DNA from: Octopus vulgaris
Taxonomy: Eukaryota
DNA: 64,000 nucleotides
NCBI GenBank assembly: GCA_951406725.2
Contig: OX597826.1
Location: 51,646,001-51,710,000 of the forward strand
Reading direction: 5' to 3'
The notes below the pieces were generated by a model. That model was not told the DNA's origin, ran no database searches, and saw only the letters and a list, made by a program, of their open reading frames with translations. The position numbers and the translations under genes are program-made. Shown in pieces: positions 41,000 to 54,060 of the stretch (positions within the stretch are counted from its first letter, which is position 1; every line of letters starts with the position of its first letter).

Positions 41000-41405
41000 C
41001 TTTTCTCTCTTTTACTTGTTTCAATCATTTGACTGCGGCCATGCTGGAACTGGAGCACCGCCTTTAGTCGAGCAAATCGCCCTCAGGACTTATTCTTTGT
41101 AAGCCTAGTACTTATTCTATCGGTTTCTTTTACTGAATCACTAAGTTACGGGGACGTAAACACACCAACAACGGTTGTCAAGCGATGTTGGGGGGACAAA
41201 CACAGACACAAAAAAACACACGCACATATATATACATATATACGACGGGCTTCTTTCAGTTTCCGTCTATCAAATCCACTCACAAAGCTTTGGTCGGCCC
41301 GAGGCTATAGTAGAAGACACTTGCCCAAGGTCCACACAGTGAGACTGAACCTGGAACCATGTGGTTGGTAAGCAAGATACTTACCACACAGTCCCTCCTT
41401 CGCCT
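41000..41405 (-). mobile_element. SINE family A, full length
   Basis: Reverse complement of 1455-1870. Confidence 0.92.
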
Positions 41406-42300
41406 ATGTTTATTTCTGTAGTAAAATTCTCTGGCTTTTACTAATAATTTAGCATTTCGATTGTAGGTCCTCCAATTCGCTCTCGATATCCTTTACGTGA
41501 TCGTTAAAGGTACCTTACATGCTATACTTTGTTATTATAGTAAATGATATTTAGTATCACGTTTATATTTGCATGGTTAACGATGCGCGTTGCATAGAAC
41601 ATATCAATGCAATTTAGCATGAGAGAGAGAAATTTCTGGAAGTTTAAACTTCCAAATTAGATTACCTCAAAGCTAACAATTCTTTAGCTTACTGTTATGC
41701 CGCCATAATGTATTCTGCTTAATATCTCTAAAATTTTGTTAGGACGAGCTAGTAATTAACTTATAGCATCAGTCTCGAATATTCTACAGGTATTCATACG
41801 GTCACACAGCATACATTCCATAAACACTCTTTCTTACACATAACATCGAACTTATACACACTTCCTTAACCTATGCATCGACGCACAGGTAGGTGACCTT
41901 TTATGCATCATAAAAATTAATATAAGCATAGAAATATACAGGTTCTACCACACACATATAAATAAGTATATAAAGATGTTTATGTACTGCAATAAAAAGG
42001 TGCGAATATGAAATATTTACTGGTAAATATATAACACATACGATTGAAAAAAATCGTCTCTTTTGCCCATGATAACATAAAAGACCTGAAAGATTTTGCG
42101 TTTAGTAAATCTACTGAAATGCATTACTAATATTTTATGTGTCTGGCTGTCTTGCAACAAACAGATGTAGAAAAATATACATGGAAATATTTTACGCATA
42201 CATAAACACATACATATGTGTGTGTGTGTCTTTGTGTGTATCTGTGTGTGTAAATGTGTGTACGTGAGTGTTTCTATTTATGTTTCTATTCATCAGTTTT

Positions 42301-42412
42301 CTAAATAATAATTTTTTTTTTATTCCTTTTGCAGGTAAGTTCCAAATTTACATCGCATTGTCGAATATGAAAATGAAAACGAATAAATCTCATTTTCCAA
42401 CAGCAGGTAAAT
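42301..42412 (+). promoter_or_regulatory. Candidate recursive splice site (3' splice site fused to a 5' splice site) with 72-nt RS-exon
   Basis: ttttttttttattccttttGCAG|GTAAGT (AG 42333-42334, GTAAGT 42335-42340); downstream donor CAG|GTAAAT at 42407. Confidence 0.5.
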
Positions 42413-43445
42413 AAAATTCATCGATCTCAATATGTTACAAGCAGATCGTGTTTCAATAATATTTTGCTATATGTAAAAATATTATTGTAAATACTAAAAT
42501 TAGTAGTAAACCGTAATGTTTTAGAAAAGAACAAATATGTCGACATGAAAAATAAAAAAAGGAGAAAAGCAAAAACGAAACACAAATTTGTGCTTTCAAT
42601 GTATGAAAAAGATGAAATATATAACTGAAGGTAGAGCAGCTTCCGTTACAGATCTCATTTCAAACAAAACCAACCAATTATGCAGTACTTAGTGGTTTGT
42701 GAGTTTAAAAAATTGATTATTATAAAATAACACAGCAAACCAATATTGCATGATTGAATTTGGTAAAAATCCCCATAAAGTGTGTGACAAAATATTTTAA
42801 CCATTTCTTCTTTTGCGATCTGCTTTCAAATTCCAAGGTACATATATTCTTTTTCATTACAAGAGCAACACAATGCGACCAATTCGGTCAACTATTGAGT
42901 TTATTTAAAGCCACTGCAAATGGATTTGCCATCGTGAAATGCATCAAGAAGTTAACATGGCGGTGTTTCGTTTAAAATATTTTAACATAAAAATTTTCAA
43001 TCTAAGACATTCAGCATGTATATATTTCTGTAATGACGGAAAACCACACCAAAATATTAGAATTATTTTTACTTGTAGAGAGGATCCGCCCATCTGAGAG
43101 TTCATTTTAAATATGAAAGTAACGTAGTGCTACTGAGAAGATATATAACGTTGACATGTTTATTGGTTGAACGGTCGATACACTATATAAATTGCGCTCA
43201 AACCACTGAACACATTTTTGTTTAAAAAATGGTACCTCAACCATATTATATTTTCCAAATCCTAATAAAAAATTGGACCTCTTTATCAAGAACGACACCA
43301 GTTCAGTCTGCAAATAAGCCATAAATCTTTATTTTCTAGAAATATTATATTGTAATAATTTCTTTTCCCTGTCCTCTATACAATAATTTTCAATGAACCA
43401 ACAAGGGGACTTTTACTAGGTCGCTCAGCCTGCTAACATTAGCAG

Positions 43446-43450
<5 letters not shown>

Positions 43451-43482
<32 letters not shown>

Positions 43483-43553
43483 ACTCTCTCTCTCTCACTC
43501 TCTCTCTCTCACTCACTCTCTCTCTCTCACTCACTCTCTCTCTCTCACTCACT

Positions 43554-43605
<52 letters not shown>

Positions 43606-43660
43606 GTCTGTCTCTCTGTCTGTCTGTCTCTCTGTCTGTCTATCTACACACACACACATA
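43451..43660. repeat. Compound (CT)n/(CTCA)/(TCTA)n/(CA)n microsatellite
   Basis: Directly visible. Confidence 0.95.
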
Positions 43661-45475
43661 CGGTGTCGAGGGAATTGTTGCACGCTGAAACGACTTTGAT
43701 CATAAGTATTACTTGATCCCACCTATCTCAACGTTTAAACAGTAAGAATAACCTTGAACACAAATATACAATTTAATATCTGTTATTATGAAGTGCTGTA
43801 AAGCAGTTTAGATCTCTGACTACATCCTCTGGCTTACTCATTTCTTGCTCTACCTCCCATTCTTGCTCACAGTATTAAGAGTTAATATTTAGTTTATGCA
43901 ATTTTAGGTACCTGAGCATTTTAATATCTGACTTGAGTCTTCACCTTATGAGATCACAGCACTGATTTTCAATCCATCTAGGATTGAAAACAGGGATAAT
44001 CTATGTCTGAGCCATCCACTGAACGGGCGTTTAGTCTACAGAGATGTTACCCCGCTGGCAACATTGGTGATTGTGTTTAGCTTAGTATATTGGGACAACG
44101 TGAGATAAAGCACTTTACTCAACACGACGCCCAGTCCGAGAATAGAACAGATAACATATGGATCGTAACATTGATGCCGTAGGTACAAGGATTTTCAACT
44201 TCTCGTTCAATCGATATAGCTCAATGAATCCCTGCTCTGTTGTCAAAAGGAAACCTTATACTATACTCTCAATGCTGAGAAGATTGAACATTACTTGTGT
44301 TGTTCTCAGTTAATTGAAATATACAGGTAGTACATGTCGCCATCATGAACACACGGTGCGTCATGTTTTACAACCGGCTACTTTTTCATTCGCATATTCA
44401 GCCATTATTACTCTATGTGAAGCAGGAGATTGCACACACTCACACAAAAAAAAACTCCAACGAACTTTGATACTAGACATATTTCAGAATATATTGACAG
44501 AGCTGCACTTCATAAATTACCATAAACAAATGCAAATCCTGTACAATATAGGATAGACAATGTAGAATTATAGATCCATAGAAATATGTGATGATCATAG
44601 CTGTAATATTCTCGACTGTTTGTTCTTCCAATAGCAACAATTTTTCTAAACAATAACAAAATAAATCCGAAAGAGAAATATAAATCCTGACTATAAATAG
44701 AATTAGCCCTGTGCATTTTATTAGGTTATATTGCTGAAACTAACCTCTCAAATTGTATCTGTTGATGTGCACAGGCAACTTAGAGAAAGCTGAGTTCTTC
44801 AGCGATGCCTCTGAAACCAAGTGATTTATGGGAAACCGACTTCGAATCCGTTTTCTAACTTTGAGCAAGGGTCTCCCGATTTATAAGTTGATCCTCTGCC
44901 GAGTAAAAAGTGAAAAAGGCAAAAAAAAAAATAACATTCTATAATTCAACGTGAGCTATAAACTGAATTTGTTTCAATACAAAACTTGATCAAAACATGA
45001 CATTAAATAATGGAATAATATTATTTCTCGCAGGTCGAGGAACCATATAGTTGCTGGCTCATGTCCCTAATGTCCCAGAGAAGGGCCACATTATTGTGTC
45101 CACCACTTGAATCTACAGTTGTGGTGCTCCACCGTGACAATCGATCTCATGCAAACAGCAAACAGATCAGTTTGAGTTATTTTAACGAAAAGACAGTTGC
45201 GATTGTCATGATTTGCATGACTTTGATTATAGGTATGTTGTATCAGGATTGTCTTGGGGCTAAAAAATGACAATGACATCGACAACAAGGAATATGCAAT
45301 AATAGACTGGATTCTGATGAGGGTACAATGAGACCAGGCGATAAAAGAAACCCAATATATTGGAGTGTTCTAGTATCCTTACATATACACAGCCATGATA
45401 ATTTCTATTTCTGGTATTCAAGATGAATTTTTCAGATCAAAATTTACAACCAAAAAGGCAGTAGTTTGATCCACT

Positions 45476-45522
45476 AAGACAAAAATGAACTTTAGAAGAC
45501 AAAAATGAACTTTAGAAGACAA
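45476..45522. repeat. 20-bp tandem duplication aagacaaaaatgaactttag
   Basis: Two exact units plus a partial third. Confidence 0.9.
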
Positions 45523-46458
45523 TAATCCCCATCTGAAATTCAGTAGGATTTGGAAAGATAGTGACGATGCTTGTATGTTTACACTACATAATTACATTAA
45601 ATATCACATCGACTTCAACTGGTTGACTGTGGCATGGATGTGCTCAATATATCCATGAGAACTTATGAACGTTATGTTTCCCATGTTCCATTTGTGGCAT
45701 TAGTCCCTAATACCAGACCAGTCAATATGTAAATAACGCCATTGACAATTTTAAATTAAGTGTCAGTCTATTGAGAAAATATTCATTGTAGCAATATTGG
45801 CATCCAGTGTTGGTAACAGATATTATATGAAGATAATAATGTTCTTAGTTATTCCTAGTTCAGTTGTAAATGTAATATGCTACTGCTTCGTAATTAACAA
45901 AGAATCAATCAGCACAGATTTTAGTAGTAATTATTTCCATTTCCAATAAGATATAGAACGGTTCCGAATTGCTTAATGATGAACATTCTGCAATCAAATC
46001 AAATATAGGACCCACCAACCAACACATCTACATCAAAAAGAAAAAGCACAAAAAAAAAATGAAATGATAAAAAAGAGTAAAAAAAGAAAACAAAAATGAA
46101 CCTCAAATAATAAATGAATGTAATTCTCTTTTGATGGTTCGAAATATAAAAATATCAATATAAAAATATGGCATAAAGCAAAGCAAAACACTGCAACGCA
46201 TTAGTTAATCATACCAAGAATTAATTCTTTACATATATACATACATAAATACATACATAATACACCCCCTCTCTCTCTCTCTTTCACGCATGCACACAGA
46301 CACGGATACACACAGAAACACACACATAGTGTCTATGTGCGTGTTAGTACATTTATACATATATGTATCTATTTACACGTATACATACATACATACATAC
46401 ATGCATATATGTGTACATGCGTGTATATTTTTGATGTTTGTGACTGTATGTATGTTTA

Positions 46459-46501
<43 letters not shown>

Positions 46502-46593
46502 ATACATATGTATATATGTATATATGTATGTATGTATATACATATGTATGTATGTATATATATATGTATGTATATATATATATATACATATAT

Positions 46594-46627
<34 letters not shown>

Positions 46628-47472
46628 ACACACACAAAATGCTTTTTTTTTTCTATTTAAGAGAAAAATTTGCTCAACTGTATAATTATATTATACGTAA
46701 GTATTTTGACAGATATTGAAATACTATTACTATTCTCTTCATTGCAAACTTCCGTATGGCTAAGTTCATATTTATGGATGCAATCTGAATTTGACAAACA
46801 ATCAGGCCAACAATGTTTGGCCAGTGAATGGAAGAATCATTAGAGCATTCGACAAAGTACTTTATGCTCTTTTGTTACATTCTTTTAGGTTTTTAATTCG
46901 AAATCCGCCCATGACGAATTTGTTTTTCATCATTTCGAAAGCGATAAAATAAGTATCTATTGAATATTGGAGTCGATACTATTGACTATAATTTTCATAA
47001 CTATGCCCAAGCGTATTCGCAATGCAATGGCTTAAGTCTATTGAGTGAATACTAACGTGTATGCGTTACTTTAGGTAAATTGCTAATTTGAATATATCCT
47101 GGCTTCATCTGCTTTTGTTGTTAAACGAAACTGAATACCTCTTCTGATAGAATGTAGATTTTCTGACATTATTTGACTCGAACACAAGACGGTAATTTGT
47201 ACCTTGTACACAAGACAAGCTTTCCTCAAGGTTACATGAACTAGTAACGGAGAAGTGAAATATTGTTGATACAGGCAGGTTCAGGAAAACATTACGGATA
47301 TAAAGCTAGTATGATAGGGTGAAGGTTCTGATACGCTATTACATTAGGTGAATTTCTGTATCTGCAAGTGTATGAGTGTGTGTGTGTGTGTGTCTGTATA
47401 AAAGGGAGAGAGAGAGGGGGAATGAAAGAAAGAGAGGGAGATTTGTTTATGCGTAGTTCAGTTCAGGGAAAG

Positions 47473-47517
<45 letters not shown>

Positions 47518-47785
47518 GCATATATATAACTTGAAAGAATGAGCTAAAACATCCAAGGCTGTAAATAGTTTTCTTTATAGATGTTCTGAAAACAATTTAC
47601 AGCCTTAGATTTTTTCATCTCATTCTGTTAATTTTTATATATATGCATGCTAATACATGACCCACGTAGACTCCTCACTTGTATCATTATCGAACCTGGA
47701 TCTTAACCATAGTCTATCCATAGCACTTAGGGTTACCGGGTATCTTTTGGGTTATCTTTGGTACTAATACCTCATATACCCTCGA
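47518..47785. mobile_element. (TA)n-embedded fold-back element with tail
   Basis: agaatgagctaaaacatccaaggctgtaaatagttttc versus gaaaacaatttacagccttagattttttcatctcattct; TA tracts on both sides. Confidence 0.72.
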
Positions 47786-48364
47786 TATATATATATATAT
47801 ATATATATATCCATATACATACATGGATACATAGCAGAGGCTTCTTTCTGTTTCCATCTAACAAATACACTCACAAGGACTTTATCGGACCGAGAATATA
47901 GAAGACACTGGGAAATTTGCTTTGCTACGTAGTAGGACTAAACCTGGAATCAAATAGTTGTGAATCAAGCTTCTCATCATAGGGAAAAACCTCCAACCAG
48001 TTTGGTTGGAAAAATTTATGTTTATTTGTGTAAATAATCAGAATCCCATTAATCTGAAGCGAGCATCCGGAGAATCAGGCGTGTTTATCTTCACAATTAC
48101 GAAAATTTATGTAATGTTATTGAGAGGCAAAATTTTCCATACAAACACGCACACACCATACACTCATGTATATATGTGATGTAGGTGTGTGTATCCATGT
48201 AATAGTACTTTTATAGAATTGGGAAATGGGCAGTATATTGAAATCCAATACAGTATTACAAAAAAGCAAAGTTTTACATATAAATGCGTGTATACACACA
48301 CACACATACAGAAAGACACAGACACAGACAGACAGACACACGCACACATTTATGTATGTATGCA

Positions 48365-48425
<61 letters not shown>

Positions 48426-48540
48426 TCATGTATATAGGAATACATATATATATATGAATATATAATGGATGTTATTTGTATGTGTGCATATATGTTTGCC
48501 TGTGTGCATATGTATGTATATATATATGTTTGCCTGTGTG

Positions 48541-48580
<40 letters not shown>

Positions 48581-48906
48581 GATGAATTTTGTTTTCTCTA
48601 GTTGCAGACAGAAATGTTTTAAAATAAATCATCGTTTGAAATATTGATTTCTGACTCAGAAGCATATAACTTCAACCATGAAGAGATTGAAAGAAATGTA
48701 TGTTGATACCAATATCATTTATCAGATAATTATATGGCTATCGCCTGCAACAAATCTGGAGTCTCAATGAAATTCCTCTCCAATAGTTTACGTTGTGTTT
48801 CCTGTAGTTTTATGCTCTTGTAACTATTGTTTTCTGTTTCTGTATCAGTATTGATGTTGTTGTCACTATTATTATTGTTATTATTATTATTATTATTATT
48901 ATTGAA

Positions 48907-49118
48907 GGCGGCGCGCTGGCAGAATCGTTAGCACACCGGGAGAGATGCTTAGTGGTGTATCGTTTGTCGCTATGTTCTATGTTCAAATTCCACTGATGTC
49001 GACTATACCGTTCATTATTTCGGGGTCTATAAATTAAGTACCAGTAAAACACTTGGGTCGATGAAATCGACTAATCCCCTCCCTCCAAATTTCAGGCCTT
49101 GTGCCTATAGTAGAAAGG
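48907..49118 (+). mobile_element. SINE family B with tail type 2a, after (ATT)n
   Basis: ggcggcgcgctggcagaatcgttagc...aatttcaggccttgtgcctatagtagaaagg. Confidence 0.88.
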
Positions 49119-50231
49119 GTTTTTATTAGTCACTGCTGCCCTATTCATTCGTGTATTCAGTTGGTTCTACGACACACTTCATTTTTTAGTTTTGTTTCCA
49201 AACTCTTAGCGTTAGCTGAATTATTTGATTACTTGGCATCGAAGCAACATAACTATTGTTTTCGTATTTATAAGTCCAACTTTTCCACACGCTAATACAT
49301 ACAAATCAAACATGCAGCCTCAACGCACAGTCACTCTTCAGGGAGAGAAACCGACCGGAAGAAATTATTTCTATACCGACAAAGAAAATGAATGCAAAAA
49401 CCATGTGAAATGGGAATTGAGTCTAACTTTTGAGTATGAACTACGCTTTTATTAAATGTTTTAGGGCTTATTTAGTCGCGAGAAGACATAGAAATACTCT
49501 TGGCCTTCCCATATCCTGGACCTGTGGGATATCAGGAAAGTGACAGCTGCTTAAACGAGTGTAGTAGCAGTTGATAAAAGCAATGTGAAAGGACTGCTTT
49601 GCTCAAGGATAAAATATCAGTTCAGGAATCCATTCCCCAACCATGTGATCGTGAGCTACAACGTCTTGGCCACGAGTCTACACAAATAATCATACGAATA
49701 TTTATACTGTAGATAATGAAAACAATGATTACATTTCAGCAAAAAGTTGCCAACAACAACGATAACATCAACCGCATTCACACGCATAAATCATTGAAAA
49801 TATAATAACATACACCATCGTTCAGAAGTATTCTTTTCACCGACGATGTCTAAACAAGAACCATTTCATGGAGGGGTAGATGTGAAATTTTCAAATAGTT
49901 CTGTCTGTAGCTATTCCTAAAATAATTCTCTAAAAGTACTTTTACACATAATTACTAAATACTAGATGGGTGAATTGTACCAAAACAAATATCTGGGGGC
50001 GGTGGCGTGATTGGAGTACGCACTTCAGAAGAAAGAGGAAAGGAAATTCAGTTCTTCGAAAGACTAACCAGCGTCTGATTGATCCAATAACCAAGTATTC
50101 AACTGGTCTTCTTTGGATATGCAATTGAATGCACAAGAATCAGGGATTAAATATAAGAAACATTTTTAACACGCTAAACACACACATAGACTCTCACCCA
50201 GATTCCACAGATACATATACATCTGCATCAC

Positions 50232-50450
50232 GAGGCGAATATGAGGAGGAGGCCCCGATATTGTGCTTTTAGACTAGTCACAGTGTACACCCTTAGTAAG
50301 GCGGGGTAACCACGTTTAGAAGTTGTCCTTGAGATGTCTCGCTCTTTAATGCTAATGGGCGATTCGAACTCTAACTTGGATGCCCGCTTGGATAGGGTGG
50401 GGTTAGCTGGTAAGGTGGGGTTAACCGTAAACGCTCAGGTTAAAGGTTTG
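50232..50450 (+). mobile_element. L1/Tx1-like AP-endonuclease fragment, degenerate
   Basis: AFRLVTVYT...SLMLMGDSNSNLDARLDR resembles the RL.NVYAP...GDFN..LD..LDR motifs. Confidence 0.5.
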
Positions 50451-50454
50451 ATCT

Positions 50455-51050
50455 TGATGAGTCCCCCAAACATTTCCCAAAGTTGCATCAGCAAAAGATT
50501 ATGGTGATTGTCTGGTGGTCTGCAATTGTTGTTGTCTATTGCAGCTTTCTGGAATCCAATCATATCATTACATCAGAGGTTTACTGCAATCATCTCGCTG
50601 AAATGCATGCTCACTTGCAAAAAATGAGACCTGCATTGGTGAATCGGCGTGACCCAATTCTGGTCCACGATAAATCAAAGACACATGTTGTAAGAACAAC
50701 TTTGCAGAAACTCACAGACTTAGGATACAAGGCTTTACCACATCCTCCTTATTCTCCTGATCTTTCACCCACTGACAACCATTTTTTAAAGCATTTAAAC
50801 AAGTTTTTAAGGAATAAAACTTTCAGACTCAAACCAGAGGTGGAATCAGCTTTCAAACATTGCTTGACATCAAAGCCAATAAGTTTTTATCGACGAGGTA
50901 TATAAAATCTCGTTGATCGATGGCAGAGAAGCATAGGTGTTCACAGCTCATACTTTGATTAATCAAATCATTTCTGTTGTTAATTTTTCCAGAATAAAAT
51001 TATTCTGGAAATTATTTCTGAAATCGGCCATTATTTTTGGAACAGCCAAA
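50455..51050 (+). mobile_element. Mariner transposase C-terminal fragment and 3' end
   Basis: KIMVIVWWS...ILVHD...LPHPPYSPDLSPTDNHF; continues past a stop as LVDRWQ...SYFD; TIR-like cggccattatttttggaacagcc. Confidence 0.92.
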
Positions 51051-51095
51051 GATCTAGGCGACATGTGGGGCTCTTCGGCCAAGCTGCACAGTTTT

Positions 51096-51461
51096 CTTTT
51101 CTACTGTAGGCACAAGGCCTGAAATTTGAGGGGAGGAGGCCAGCCGATTAGATCGACCCCAGTGCGCAACTGGTACTTAATTTATCGACCCCGAAAGGAT
51201 GAAAGGCAAGGACGATTTCGGCAGACGAAATACCTATTTCTTTACTACCCAGAAGGGGCTAAACACAGAGAGGACAAACAAGGACAGACACACGGATTAA
51301 GTCGATTATATCGACCCCAGTGCGTAACTAGTACTTATTTAATCGAGCCCGAAAGGATGAAAGGCAAAGTGGCCCTCGGCGGAATTTGAACTCAGAACGT
51401 AACGGCAGATAATATACCGCTAAGCCTTTCGCCCGGTGTGCTAACGTTTCTGCCAGCTCAC
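51096..51461 (-). mobile_element. SINE family B composite (monomer + headless unit, tail 2a)
   Basis: Junction cgaaatacctatttctttac at about 51226-51245. Confidence 0.88.
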
Positions 51462-51464
51462 TGC

Positions 51465-51893
51465 ATTCAAGGATACACAGTTTTGCGAAATGCCGATGAC
51501 AGTCGAAGTCATATGAGACGTGATGACACGCTGCACACAGGAGAAGCCTCCGGGCTGCATCATCTGTTCTTCGACTTTGTTCGATGATGTATTCTTTGAT
51601 GTCTCTCACAACTGGCAGTAGAACGGCAGAATTCCCAGTGCTGTGAGCCGTGGGATGGTAGTACTGCCGAAAAAGAATCCGACCAAGGGGGATGAAATAG
51701 ATTATTTTAGACCCTTCTCTACTGAACACAGATTACAAGATAAGGCATTAGACGTGAGGCTGGTGCATGTCCTCGACAAACTGGTCAGTGACGTGCAGGC
51801 ATGTGCTATCCCAAACAGATCTAGCCATGGCAAACTTCACGCGCTATATCATAGAGAGAGTAAGGAACCTGGCATGACTGGGACCCTGAGAAA
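51465..51893 (+). mobile_element. L1/Tx1-like RT fragment
   Basis: RGMVVLPKKNPTKGDEIDYFRPFS, then LLNTDYKI (frameshift), RLVHVLDKLVSDVQACAIPNR. Confidence 0.78.
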
Positions 51894-51895
51894 GA

Positions 51896-51967
<72 letters not shown>
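51896..51967. repeat. (TTA)n tract flanking the R4/Dong-like element
   Basis: Directly visible; partner tract at 53091-53170. Confidence 0.95.
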
Positions 51968-51970
<3 letters not shown>

Positions 51971-53088
51971 TAGTTTTATTTTTATTTTTATAGCGTGCTT
52001 TCACTTCACTATCGAGCGCAGCTCTGTGTGCCTTGGGTATGTGCTGTGATTTGTTGTGATGCTCTGATGGTTATTGTATGGAAAGTGTTCTGCGTAGGAT
52101 GTGTGCAGTGCCTAGTAGTGCAAGTTTCTGTATGTTATATGTGTTTGTAAGTCCTGGTGTTTTTGTTATGTATTTGTCTGAATATTTTTTTATCATGCCT
52201 AATGCACCTACTATGATAGGAATTGTTTCTGTTTTCAGATTCCACATTCTAGTTACCTCTATTTCCAGGTCTTTGTATTTTGAGAGTTTCTCCATTTCTT
52301 TTAGAGACACGTTGTCATCTGCCGGTACTGATACATCAATTAGAAAGCATTTTTTTCTTCATGGTCTCTGACAACTATATCTGGTCTGTTGGCCTTAATT
52401 TCTCTATCTGTGTGTATCGGCATATCCCAGAGTATGGTTGCTTTCTCGTTTTCTGTGACCTTTTCTGGTGTGTGCCTATACCATCTTTTTTCTGTTGTTA
52501 TTCCATAATGTTGGCATAGCTTCCAATGTATGTAAGTTCCAACTCTCTCATGTCTGTGAATATATTCCTTCTTAGCCAGGACTGGGCAGCTAGAGATAAT
52601 ATGATTTATTGTTTCTTGTCCATCTCCACATATTATGCAGTTACTTGTAATATTTCTTTTCATTACATGTTTTTGGTAATTTCTGGTGGGGAGGCTTTGG
52701 TCTTGTGCTGCAATTAAAAATCCCTCTGTTTCTGCTTTGAGTCCTGAGCTTCTCAACCATTGCTGGGATTTTTCTTTGTCTATTTCTTTTGCGTTTAGTT
52801 TAGTCCAGTATTTACCATGAAGGGGCTTTTCTTGCCATCGTTTTATCATGGTTCGTTGCTGTTCTATTTTTAGTTTGGATTTCATTTTTTTTATAGCTTT
52901 TGCTGTTTCTTCATCTTCTTCTTCTTCTTCATGTTTATTAGGTGGTATGATTTCTTGTTTGTATTTGTCAGCTTCCTTAAATACTGAGAACAGTTTTTTG
53001 TTTTGCTCGTGTTTTGCCGCTATCTGGATCAGTTTTCCTTCCTTCTGAAGTAGATATTTTTGCAGTCCTATGGTGGTTATTTTATAGT
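51968..53088 (-). mobile_element. R4/Dong-like non-LTR retrotransposon, 5'-truncated (zinc knuckle + restriction-like endonuclease)
   Basis: WQEKPLHGKY, ETEGFLIAAQDQSLPTRNY, CIICGDGQETINHIISSC, RHE, RPDIVV, EKLSKYKDL...PIIVGALG; one frameshift near 52350; embedded in (TAA)n. Confidence 0.93.
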
Positions 53089-53089
53089 A

Positions 53090-53168
<79 letters not shown>

Positions 53169-53204
53169 CTATTGATTTTGTTGTTGTTGTTATTATTAAT
53201 ATTG

Positions 53205-53670
53205 AGGCAGTGATCAGGTAGAATCGTTTGTGCGTCGAACAAATTGTTTAGTGTAATACATTCACTTCTTTGTTTTCTGAGTTCAAATTTCTCCGAAGTC
53301 ACCTTTATCTTTCAACCTTTCGGGATCGATAAAATAACACAAGGGTCGATTTAATCAACATAGTCTGACCCCACGAAATTGTTGACCTTGTGCAAAAGTT
53401 TGAAATGAATATTAATCAGATACTGCAAATGTCAGCTGTGCTACTTACTAGCATTACTATTCAGGGTCAATAAAATGAAGTACCAGTGATTTCTTGAGGT
53501 GTTGATTAAATCGACCGATCCACCCCCACTTAAACTTGCTCGCCTTGTGCCGAAATTTGAAACCAATATTATTATCTGCATTACAGTCGGCTAGCTCGTC
53601 GGACAAAATGCTTAGTGGCATTTCGTCTGTCATTGCGTTCTAAGTTCAAATGCTGCCAACGTCGACTTTG
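53205..53670 (+). mobile_element. Cluster of diverged SINE family B fragments
   Basis: Repeated ctgagttcaaat and ccttgtgc..aaatttgaaa segments. Confidence 0.7.
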
Positions 53671-53674
53671 ACAA

Positions 53675-54060
53675 GGCGGTAAGCTAGTGGAATCTTTAGC
53701 AGGCTGGACGAAATGCTTGACAGTATTTCGCCCGTCGCTACGCTCTGAGTTCAAATTCAGCCGAGGTCGACTTTGCTTTTCATCCTTTCGGGGTCGATTA
53801 AATAAGTACCAGGTACGCACTGGAGTCGATATAATCGACTTAATCCATTTCTCTGTCCTTGTTTGTCCCCTCTGTGTGTAGCCCCTTGTGGGCAGTAACG
53901 AAATAGGTATTTCGCCCGTCCTTACGCTCTGAATTCAAATTCCGCCGAGGTCGACTTTGCCATTCATCCCTTCGGGGGTCGATAAAATAAATACCAGTTG
54001 AACACTGGGGTCGATGTAATCGTCAAATCCCAAGCTGCCCATGTGGCAAAAATTTGAAAT
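53675..54060 (+). mobile_element. SINE family B composite (monomer + headless unit, tail 2b)
   Basis: Junction gaaataggtatttcg at 53900-53914. Confidence 0.9.

Noticed and set aside
42265-42300. Minus-strand CTGATGA-ata-GAAA
   Set aside because: No stem II, stem III or stem I pairing; not a hammerhead
45312-45352. CTGATGAG...GAAAC (bare CTGATGA also at 30131 and 35987)
   Set aside because: Flanking helices cannot be formed
53089-53302. N-terminal part of the 320-aa ORF 52340-53302
   Set aside because: Read-through from a SINE fragment and the (AAT)n tract into the truncated Dong-like ORF; not a real N-terminus
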